A stretch of DNA of 64,000 nt, from positions 141,518-205,517 of the IMG/VR virus record IMGVR_UViG_3300030107_006644. The stretch is one strand, 5' to 3'. Numbering within the stretch: the stretch's first letter is position 1; every line of letters begins with the position of its first letter. Shown here one piece after another: positions 53,044 to 59,910 of this stretch. The notes under the pieces are model-generated. The model did not search any database, was not told the DNA's origin, and saw nothing but the letters and a program-made list of their open reading frames with translations. The position numbers were made by a program, and so were the translations under genes.

Positions 53044-53424
53044 ATGAGTTGGAAACGAAAAAGAAGACTTCAAGGAAGTAATAAATACTATAGCATATCC
53101 AACAAACTGAAAAGAGAAAAGAAAATCTCAGATGACTTTGAAGTAATGCTTAACAATTTAGACTTAGAAGAAGTCATAGGTCTTAAGCTAGAGTTAGCCT
53201 CCCGTGCAGCTGGGGGTAAACTATTTGGAATCTGTATATGGAATTCTTTAACAGATGTTATTAGGGATGCTATATTTAAATATGCTCTCTCAGCAACTCG
53301 TTCAAAACGAGAGGCTGCTACCTTTTTAGGTATTGACATTCAGACGTTTTATAGATTACAGAACTACTATGGTTCAGAAACTTATTTTAAAGAAGAGAAG
53401 GACGCCCATGGGGAAATAACGTAA
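53044..53424 (+). CDS. Fis-like (HTH_8) DNA-binding protein
   Basis: YALSATRSKREAATFLGIDIQTFYRL. Confidence 0.7.
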   Translation: MSWKRKRRLQGSNKYYSISNKLKREKKISDDFEVMLNNLDLEEVIGLKLELASRAAGGKLFGICIWNSLTDVIRDAIFKYALSATRSKREAATFLGIDIQTFYRLQNYYGSETYFKEEKDAHGEIT

Positions 53425-53537
53425 AACATGGGCTCCATGCCTCTAACGAGCCCGACCTTAAGGGAGGTGAAATCCGATAAGGTGAACTGAAGAGAGGATA
53501 GTATGGTACTGGAGCGAGAAATGTACCCTCCATGGGC
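53404..53537 (+). ncRNA. Candidate structured RNA
   Basis: Closing stem GCCCATGGGG/CTCCATGGGC; hairpins GGGCTC/GAGCCC and GGTAC/GTACC; shares CCTCTAACGA with 57924..58050. Confidence 0.35.
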
Positions 53538-53557
53538 TTATATAATAAGGAAAGATA

Positions 53558-54154
53558 ATGAAAGCAACATTAATTAAGGCAATGCTGTGTGGAATGTTCC
53601 TCACTGCATGCAGTGCGTGTACACCAGAAATAGAAAGCGAGTCACCTTCGAATACAGATAGTGAAGTGGTAGTGGATAAACACCCATGGGCTACTTGGGA
53701 AGATTGCAGTCAAGTGCCCGGAGCACATCCATGCAATTTTGAACTCATGGACCAGAATGGAGAAATGGTAGAGCTTTACGATCAATATGAAAAGGTTATA
53801 GTAATTGATTTATCAGCTATGTGGTGTGGAGTTTGCAACAACATAGCAACGATGGGAGACCAATTCGTATCAGATTATGGTTCTGAGAATGTGGTTTGGT
53901 TAACCGTGCTGATTGATGACAGCACTGGAAATCCACCAGATTTAGCAGATCTGCAGCATTGGGCTGAAACATACAATATATCAGGACCAGTACTGGGCGC
54001 AGATAGGACCCTGATTGACCAAACTGCACAAACAGGATATCCAGTAACTTCTTGGCCAACTTTAGTAGTGGTTGATAAGCAAATGGTTATGCAATACGGT
54101 ATATATGGATGGAGCGAAAGCGTTGTTCGTGGCTGGGTTGAGAGTTTACTATAA
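53558..54154 (+). CDS. TlpA/redoxin-like thioredoxin-fold lipoprotein
   Basis: DLSAMWCGVC, SWPTLVVVD; lipobox-like LTAC. Confidence 0.85.
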   Translation: MKATLIKAMLCGMFLTACSACTPEIESESPSNTDSEVVVDKHPWATWEDCSQVPGAHPCNFELMDQNGEMVELYDQYEKVIVIDLSAMWCGVCNNIATMGDQFVSDYGSENVVWLTVLIDDSTGNPPDLADLQHWAETYNISGPVLGADRTLIDQTAQTGYPVTSWPTLVVVDKQMVMQYGIYGWSESVVRGWVESLL

Positions 54155-54411
54155 TGTGGAAAGTATATGCATGGAACGGAAGATTTATACAAGGTGACTT
54201 GGTAAGTAAACACTCCTCAGAATCTGCTGCTCTTAAAGCAGCAAAAAAATCAATAGGATATAAAAAAAATACCAAAGAAACAAAAAAGGGTGAAATACTT
54301 ATTTGGTTAGATAATGAAGATGGTACGCCCATGGGAGTTATCGTGAAAAAAACCAAAGTAGAAGAAATAAGGGGACGAAAAAGGATTCGACAGGGTAAGA
54401 AAAAGGAATAG
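54154..54411 (+). CDS. Basic hypothetical protein; 3' end overlaps the tmRNA 5' end
   Basis: 85 aa; TAATG coupling to the upstream gene. Confidence 0.6.
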   Translation: MWKVYAWNGRFIQGDLVSKHSSESAALKAAKKSIGYKKNTKETKKGEILIWLDNEDGTPMGVIVKKTKVEEIRGRKRIRQGKKKE

Positions 54412-54707
54412 TGCAAGTAGGTTAGATACGGCCTTAACAGTTCAAAAACAATAGTTGCAAATAACAACAATCACTTCGATTCTGTTCGCTTAGCGGCTTA
54501 ATCGGGAGGTCGCTCAAAACCTTCTATCCAATTTGGGCAAAAACAACAGACAAGTTGTAAAAATCAACAAATTTATCGCAATAGGATGGTAAGCGATATC
54601 TGAACGCCATCTATATTTGTCAGTAGCTGATAGAAACTGACTAAACTTGTGAATGACTACAGTTGGACTTATTGTGGACGCGGGTTCGATTCCCGCCGTC
54701 TCCACCA
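54371..54707 (+). ncRNA. ssrA: tmRNA; tag (A)NNNNHFDSVRLAA at 54457-54501
   Basis: 5' GGGGACG...GGATTCGAC; 3' GCGGGTTCGATTCCCGC CGTCTCC ACCA; acceptor pairing with G-U; tag ends LAA-stop. Confidence 0.95.
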
Positions 54708-54722
54708 CTTAAAGGAGAAAAC

Positions 54723-54881
54723 ATGAAATTTTTAGCATCAAAACAAGTAAGTGGCGCATGCGCAATTATAAACGGAGTTTTAGCGTTTAACTTTCTTATT
54801 AGCGGAAGTTGGCTTTTAGCGTTAATGTCAGCCGGCTTTTGCGGCCTCTGTACTAGAAATTATTTAGTAGCTGGGGATTGA
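54723..54881 (+). CDS. Small membrane protein
   Basis: AAGGAG SD; two hydrophobic segments. Confidence 0.6.
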   Translation: MKFLASKQVSGACAIINGVLAFNFLISGSWLLALMSAGFCGLCTRNYLVAGD

Positions 54882-54884
54882 TCA

Positions 54885-55100
54885 ATGGATGAGGAAGCCC
54901 GAGGAGCGCTAAGCGATCAGCAGATGCTGTTTACTATATTAACTGCACTAGTCAAAAAAGATGGTGGAGAAATAAGAATAACTGAAGAAGAGATGGATTC
55001 AGTCACAAAGAGTGACATGATGTTAATGTATTACGATAAAAAGAAGAAAGAAATTATCTTAGCAATGCACATGTTGTCTGGCCCAAGCGAAGAGTTTTGA
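54885..55100 (+). CDS. Hypothetical protein
   Basis: 71 aa, in operon. Confidence 0.7.
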   Translation: MDEEARGALSDQQMLFTILTALVKKDGGEIRITEEEMDSVTKSDMMLMYYDKKKKEIILAMHMLSGPSEEF

Positions 55101-55343
55101 ATGGAAGATGACGAGAAAGTAACCAAAATTGTAACTAATGCTTTGTGCAAGTGCGTTATTTATATTGGGCTAATAGTTTTGGCGGGAATGTGGCTATCTA
55201 ATTGCAACCTAGACGCAGAAACAATACAACAATGTGAGGAATCTTGTACAGGTACAGGCTCACAAATGGAGTCGGTAACCTCTGGTAAATGCGTGTGCGA
55301 AAGCACTGCAACTATTAGCGATCCGTGGGTTTTATCAAATTAA
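55101..55343 (+). CDS. Membrane-anchored Cys-rich small protein
   Basis: TM segment then CEESC...C.CE. Confidence 0.7.
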   Translation: MEDDEKVTKIVTNALCKCVIYIGLIVLAGMWLSNCNLDAETIQQCEESCTGTGSQMESVTSGKCVCESTATISDPWVLSN

Positions 55344-55352
55344 ATAAAATAT

Positions 55353-55381
55353 TTGATGTCGCTTCTCAAATGTGATATAAT
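55353..55381 (+). promoter_or_regulatory. Single sigma70-type promoter
   Basis: TTGATG-17-TATAAT. Confidence 0.65.
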
Positions 55382-55395
55382 TATTAGTAAGAGAG

Positions 55396-55905
55396 GTGTA
55401 TAGGTTGAAGATCAAGATTGCGTTCTATAAAGGTCCGGGCGATTGGAAAAACAGGATTATCCGGTGGTGGACAAAGAGTCCATATTCACACGCAGAATTG
55501 ATCATGGCTGATAACTTTACTTGGATTGGAATTAGTCCCTTATTGACCTCTACCGTGTCTGCAAGAAAGAAAGTCGACTTTGATTTAGAAAATTGGGATT
55601 TTTCTGATTTACAAATTACCCAAGAACAGAGTAATATTATACAAGAGTTTTATGAAGAAACACAGGGCAGCAAATATGATTGGATTGGGATGTTATTATC
55701 TCAGTTTTTCCCTTACAACATTAAGAGGAAAGGAAAATGGTATTGTTCTGAGTGGATAGCGTATGCACTTCGTATATCTGGAGTAGTCGATTGGAGAACA
55801 ATCAGGATATATGATAGGTGCGACCTTTCTCCCGGAGTTCTTTATCAAATTGTACAAGAGGCAAAAGAAAATCAAAATTCGCTTGACAGCGACCCCCCAA
55901 GCTGA
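55396..55905 (+). CDS. Permuted papain-like NlpC/P60 (YiiX-like) amidase
   Basis: YSHAELI, KYDWIG, WYCSEWIA, LSPG. Confidence 0.85.
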   Translation: MYRLKIKIAFYKGPGDWKNRIIRWWTKSPYSHAELIMADNFTWIGISPLLTSTVSARKKVDFDLENWDFSDLQITQEQSNIIQEFYEETQGSKYDWIGMLLSQFFPYNIKRKGKWYCSEWIAYALRISGVVDWRTIRIYDRCDLSPGVLYQIVQEAKENQNSLDSDPPS

Positions 55906-55911
55906 TATATT
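55883..55911 (+). promoter_or_regulatory. Single sigma70-type promoter for the tRNA-like RNA
   Basis: TTGACA-17-TATATT. Confidence 0.8.
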
Positions 55912-55922
55912 AGTATAGTTGA

Positions 55923-56007
55923 GGGGGCGTATCCCAGCCGTCTTATAAGCGGTGCATTAAACTTGGGTAATTGGTGCATGCGGGTTCAAGTCCCGTCGCC
56001 CCTACCA
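55923..56007 (+). tRNA. Non-canonical tRNA-Ile(UAU)-like RNA lacking a D-arm, with a 26-nt variable region
   Basis: 7-bp acceptor GGGGGCG/CGCCCCT, A73, CCA; T-arm GCGGG-TTCAAGT-CCCGT; anticodon arm GCCGT-CTTATAA-GCGGT; only TATCCCA between the acceptor and anticodon stems. Confidence 0.75.
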
Positions 56008-56025
56008 TCTTAAAAAGAGGAAAAC

Positions 56026-56268
56026 ATGGATCCAAATAAGGAAAACAACAAGTCTTGGAAAAAGGCAGGCTACTTTAGTACATATGAGGAAGCTCAAACT
56101 AAGAAAACGCAACTTCACGCCGAACATACGGTTGATAATGAGCTTGTAGTTAAGATACGCCGCAGCGGACCCGGCGGTACGCGTTTTACGGTCAAGTATT
56201 GGCATCCCGACTTTGTAAAGCCTAAAAACAAAAAGAAGAATAAGCGCCCCGATAGCTCAGCTGGATAG
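56026..56268 (+). CDS. Basic hypothetical protein; 3' end overlaps tRNA-Arg
   Basis: GAGG SD; 80 aa. Confidence 0.65.
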   Translation: MDPNKENNKSWKKAGYFSTYEEAQTKKTQLHAEHTVDNELVVKIRRSGPGGTRFTVKYWHPDFVKPKNKKKNKRPDSSAG

Positions 56269-56322
56269 AGCATCGGCCTTCTAAGCCGAGGGTCGTAGGT
56301 TCGAATCCTACTCGGGGTACCA
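56246..56322 (+). tRNA. tRNA-Arg(TCT)
   Basis: Canonical cloverleaf; loop CT-TCT-AA; encoded CCA. Confidence 0.95.
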
Positions 56323-56336
56323 TTTACGAGGAGAAT

Positions 56337-56951
56337 ATGAAAGATATTTATTGGTTAAAATCATCAACTGAAGACGAAGAAGAAGGTCCGAGTGCTAGCT
56401 CAAGCGACGACAACAATATAGTTTCCAGTCTAAATAACAACATCTACTTCTATTCAGAAGTAACTAGAGCTAAAAACTTGCAGCTAAATAAAAAACTGAT
56501 GACTTTGGGAGTTTCATTGGTTAACCGAAGCAATTCGCTTGGAGCATCACCACCACCGCCGATTAATTTGCATATTAACAGCTATGGAGGCAGTCTTTTT
56601 GCCGGATTTTCATCTGTTGATTATGTATTAAACTGTCCTGTGCCAGTTCATTCAGTTATTGATGGCTGTGCTGCATCTGCAGCCACACTCTTTAGCGTTG
56701 TCGCAGAGAGGAGATTCATGCATAAGCACTCGTTTATGTTGATTCACCAGCTTTCTTCTGGAATGTGGGGAAATTATGAATCACTTAAAGATGATATGGA
56801 GAATTGCGATCTGCTGATGGAAACAATTCGAACTATTTATAGCGACCATACTAAAATTCCCAAGAAGATGCTCAATCAAATTTTGAAAAGAGATTTGTGG
56901 TTCGATGCGGAAACGTGTTTAAAGCATGGTTTGGTCGATGAAATTATTTAA
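56337..56951 (+). CDS. clpP: ClpP-like protease
   Basis: HINSYGGSLFAG, CAASAAT, MLIHQLS, RDLWFDAE.CL..GLVDEI. Confidence 0.9.
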   Translation: MKDIYWLKSSTEDEEEGPSASSSDDNNIVSSLNNNIYFYSEVTRAKNLQLNKKLMTLGVSLVNRSNSLGASPPPPINLHINSYGGSLFAGFSSVDYVLNCPVPVHSVIDGCAASAATLFSVVAERRFMHKHSFMLIHQLSSGMWGNYESLKDDMENCDLLMETIRTIYSDHTKIPKKMLNQILKRDLWFDAETCLKHGLVDEII

Positions 56952-57069
56952 AATATCGGATAGAATATTTGACATTGTAACATTCGTAGGCATAGGGTTG
57001 TCTATTGGCATTATTGTTTTAAATTTACAATGTTTACTTACCTGCACACAACATTAAGGAGAAAATGAT

Positions 57070-57588
57070 TTGGCGCATCATTACGGTGATTTTATGAGAA
57101 AAAGAAAATATATTATGGTTTCTGGTGGGTTTGACCCTATTCACGTTGGACATGTACGCATGATTCAAGAAGCTGCTCGCCATGGCGATGGGCTTTATGT
57201 TGTCTTGAATAGTGATGATTGGCTTCTTCGCAAGAAAGGGTACATCTTTATGCCATTTGAGGAACGCGCTGAGATTATAAATGCAATTAGTGGTGTCACG
57301 GCCGTGATTCCGGTAGATGATTCAGATAACACCGTGTGTGAGGCCCTACGCAGAGTAAAGCCAGATTGTTTCGCCAACGGCGGTGATAGGACCAATAAAA
57401 ATACTCCTGAAATGCAAGTTTGCGAAGAATTGGACATTGAGATGATTTGGAATATAGGCGGCGGAAAGATTCAAAGTAGCAGCGAACTTGTAGCTAATTC
57501 CAACATTGTTGAAAGTAGAGAAAACACAAATCGTACTGAAACACAGCAAGTCGACTTATTTGAACATTGGTCGCTAGATCGAACATAA
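57070..57588 (+). CDS. Cytidylyltransferase-like (HIGH) protein, glycerol-3-P CT/RfaE-like
   Basis: SGGFDPIHVGH, LNSD..L.RKKG, FANGGDR, KIQSSS. Confidence 0.9.
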   Translation: MAHHYGDFMRKRKYIMVSGGFDPIHVGHVRMIQEAARHGDGLYVVLNSDDWLLRKKGYIFMPFEERAEIINAISGVTAVIPVDDSDNTVCEALRRVKPDCFANGGDRTNKNTPEMQVCEELDIEMIWNIGGGKIQSSSELVANSNIVESRENTNRTETQQVDLFEHWSLDRT

Positions 57589-57593
57589 ACCAC

Positions 57594-57622
57594 TTGACTT
57601 CAGCCCTATAATAGGGTATATT
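57594..57622 (+). promoter_or_regulatory. Single sigma70-type promoter for tRNA-Leu
   Basis: TTGACT-17-TATATT. Confidence 0.75.
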
Positions 57623-57630
57623 ATAAGTGA

Positions 57631-57715
57631 GGCTGAGTGGTGGAATCGGTATACACAGGAGACTTAAAATCTCCCGCCTTAAGGCTTGCGGGTTCGAGTC
57701 CCGCCTCAGCTACCA
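57631..57715 (+). tRNA. tRNA-Leu(TAA)
   Basis: Class II cloverleaf; loop CT-TAA-AA; CCA. Confidence 0.95.
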
Positions 57716-57731
57716 TTTTACAGGAAAATAA

Positions 57732-57920
57732 ATGCTTTTACTAATATTGCTAGCTTATAATCACGGACAACCAGAGTTACCACAATGTACTATTGATCGG
57801 TGCGAAGCGCAATATTGCGTAGTAGAGACACCGGAAGGAAGTGTTGATGTTTCACGAAAACCTCACTACAGAGAGGGTATGTTAATTGAGTGTCCTTTTT
57901 GGCTAATTGATCCGACTTAA
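57732..57920 (+). CDS. Small secreted Cys-containing protein
   Basis: CTIDRCE...C.VETPEG...EG..IECP. Confidence 0.65.
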   Translation: MLLLILLAYNHGQPELPQCTIDRCEAQYCVVETPEGSVDVSRKPHYREGMLIECPFWLIDPT

Positions 57921-57923
57921 ATA

Positions 57924-58050
57924 CGCTGCTCCCGTACAGCAGATGAAGTGGCGTTCCTCTAACGATATGCAGGCCATCATAGGGAAGTTGACATAGATTG
58001 CATTACACGGTCTGTGAAACTATCCACGAAATTGGTGCTGGGGAGCAAGC
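57924..58050 (+). ncRNA. Candidate structured RNA abutting the tRNA-Lys 5' end
   Basis: Long irregular closing stem GCTCCC/GGGAGC, CAGCA/TGCTG, GTGG/CCAC; no credible ORF. Confidence 0.45.
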
Positions 58051-58125
58051 GGGTCAATAGCTCAATGGTAGAGCACCGGGCTTTTAACCCGTAGGCTCTG
58101 GGTTCGAATCCCAGTTGACCCACCA
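58051..58125 (+). tRNA. tRNA-Lys(TTT)
   Basis: Canonical cloverleaf; loop CT-TTT-AA; CCA. Confidence 0.95.
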
Positions 58126-58152
58126 TTGAAGAGAATATGAGAAGATTAATAC

Positions 58153-58227
58153 GCGAATGTAGCTCAGTGGTAGAGCCCCACGTTGCCAACGTGGCTGTCG
58201 CTGGTTCGAATCCAGTCATTCGCTCCA
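58153..58227 (+). tRNA. tRNA-Gly(GCC)
   Basis: Canonical cloverleaf; loop TT-GCC-AA; U73; CCA. Confidence 0.95.
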
Positions 58228-58331
58228 ATCATGCGCTGTTCTGCTCGCATTATAAGCGGAACGCGGCTGCCGGTGGTCACGTAGGCAGGGGTTTCCGGTC
58301 ATCCTAGTTCGCGGCAGAAAACCGGTTTTTT

Positions 58332-58607
58332 ATGAAATATAAAGTAAATGATGTAGTGTTGGTTAAGTCTCCTGCGGGGAATGCAATTCCGCATATACAT
58401 GTTAAATTACTTAAAAGAATTGTGGTAAAAGCTAGCAAGGGTAGGAGCATGGATTGGCCCGGCTATTCTGGCTGGGAAGCGACTCCTGTCTATCAAAAAG
58501 AAATTGATATTCTTCGTAAAAAATGGAGCATTCCCTTTACTAAGCCGGAAAAAGACTTGACATTTGTCTATGACCGAGATATACTACATAAGGAGAAGAA
58601 AAAATGA
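58332..58607 (+). CDS. SH3/KOW-like hypothetical protein
   Basis: MKYKVNDVVLV...VKLLKR. Confidence 0.65.
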   Translation: MKYKVNDVVLVKSPAGNAIPHIHVKLLKRIVVKASKGRSMDWPGYSGWEATPVYQKEIDILRKKWSIPFTKPEKDLTFVYDRDILHKEKKK

Positions 58608-59119
58608 ATATATTTGCAATTGAAGGAAACAACGGTGTAATTGATTGGAAGGCTTCGGCTCGTTCACAAGACAATTATAGAGTAGTAAAAATGATCTTAG
58701 AATCGTGTCAGATGTTGTGCACGGCAATTAATGAGTTGTCTGGCGAGCATATTGCGCCATATCGTTCAACCCACAAGCATCACCCAAGTACAAAATGGGT
58801 TATGGCTTCTTCCGCTAATTTTGAAGCATTAGTAGTCCACACTGAAGCAATGCTAAGAGAATACACAGAACGTTTTAATAAGATACACAAGTGTCAGGCC
58901 GTCCTCGACAAATGCAAGCTTTTATATAGTCCAACACTTTTTGCTACTTGTAAGCCTACAAAATTGCCGCTAGCAATGCCATATGAATTCCAGAGCGATG
59001 ATATTGTGGAATCATATCGTAAGTTTTATGCTTCAAAGCCAAAGATTCGATATCCAAAGGACAAAGTGCCACAATGGTTTAAAGAATACAGAGGCGACAA
59101 AGAGTTTCAGATAATTTAA
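58604..59119 (+). CDS. Pyrimidine-dimer DNA glycosylase-related (DenV-like superfamily) protein
   Basis: MNIF...VVKMILESCQML...YRSTHKHHPS..W...LAMP...VESYRKFY. Confidence 0.8.
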   Translation: MNIFAIEGNNGVIDWKASARSQDNYRVVKMILESCQMLCTAINELSGEHIAPYRSTHKHHPSTKWVMASSANFEALVVHTEAMLREYTERFNKIHKCQAVLDKCKLLYSPTLFATCKPTKLPLAMPYEFQSDDIVESYRKFYASKPKIRYPKDKVPQWFKEYRGDKEFQII

Positions 59120-59694
59120 TGAGAGATAAAACAAGAAGGGAGAGATACGATGAGAAAAAGAGATCTGCTGAAAGTTTTCCTATTAGCCTCGTGTGTATTA
59201 ATTTTCAGCATGACGGTAACCTTGGTTATCTTATTAGAGCCGCTGCTTGCTTTGGCGCTGAACGGATTCATGTTATAGGTTCGATGCCGCGAAGATCGGC
59301 TTTAGACTCACTATCGGGAAGTTTATACGATTATGTCGAAATTAAAAAATACAGTTCGCCGATGGCTTTTCTTGATCACTGTCGAGACAGCGGCCTTAGA
59401 CTCGTATCTGCAGAGATTTGTAAAGGTGCGAAGCCCATTACTAGTCATAATTTCAACTTTGATAAGCCTTTGGCTCTGGTCGTGGGTAACGAACAAGTAG
59501 GAATTCCAGCGGAGATTTTGAAAAACAGCGAAACAGTCTATATTCCTATGCCCGGCGTAGGATATTGCTTAAATACTTCACAAGCCGCTAATATAATGTT
59601 GTACGAGGCTACAAAACAATATACGAGATCACAGGAACACAAAAAGGCTGTCCAAGTAGATTGGGCAGAGCAAGGCATGTTTAATCTGCCGTAG
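59119..59694 (+). CDS. SpoU/TrmH-family RNA methyltransferase
   Basis: NLGYLIRAAACFG, LVVGNEQVGI, YIPMPG..YCLNTSQA. Confidence 0.92.
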   Translation: MRDKTRRERYDEKKRSAESFPISLVCINFQHDGNLGYLIRAAACFGAERIHVIGSMPRRSALDSLSGSLYDYVEIKKYSSPMAFLDHCRDSGLRLVSAEICKGAKPITSHNFNFDKPLALVVGNEQVGIPAEILKNSETVYIPMPGVGYCLNTSQAANIMLYEATKQYTRSQEHKKAVQVDWAEQGMFNLP

Positions 59695-59702
59695 GAGCGA
59701 GA

Positions 59703-59888
59703 ATGAATATATGGGAAGACCACGTTGAGGGCCTCACAAGACAGGTGGCTTTAATGAAGGAACAGATGGAAGTGATGGAGCAGCGATTAGATTATTATGA
59801 GCAGGTTCTAGGTACTTTACTGTATGCACTAAAGACCGCCGGTATTATTGTAGACGATCCGGATGGCGAACATACGATGCCATCATAA
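59703..59888 (+). CDS. Small coiled-coil protein
   Basis: AGGAG SD; 61 aa. Confidence 0.65.
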   Translation: MNIWEDHVEGLTRQVALMKEQMEVMEQRLDYYEQVLGTLLYALKTAGIIVDDPDGEHTMPS

Positions 59889-59910
59889 AACAATTTAACA
59901 AGGAAGGAAT

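Noticed and set aside
53461-53520. Hammerhead or cobalamin riboswitch (CTGAAGA, GGTGAAATCC)
   Set aside because: Required stems and conserved flanking boxes are missing or in the wrong order
54514-54708. Minus-strand ORF MVETAGIEPAS...
   Set aside because: Antisense shadow of the tmRNA 3' end
57937-58040. HDV/CPEB3-like ribozyme (P3/L3-like CGT-TCCTCTA-ACG, GG, CAGCAG/TGCTG)
   Set aside because: No P1 5' strand upstream; the would-be P1 3' strand pairs downstream instead, which breaks the HDV topology
57977-58228. Minus-strand ORF MERMTGFEPATATL...
   Set aside because: Antisense shadow of tRNA-Gly and tRNA-Lys
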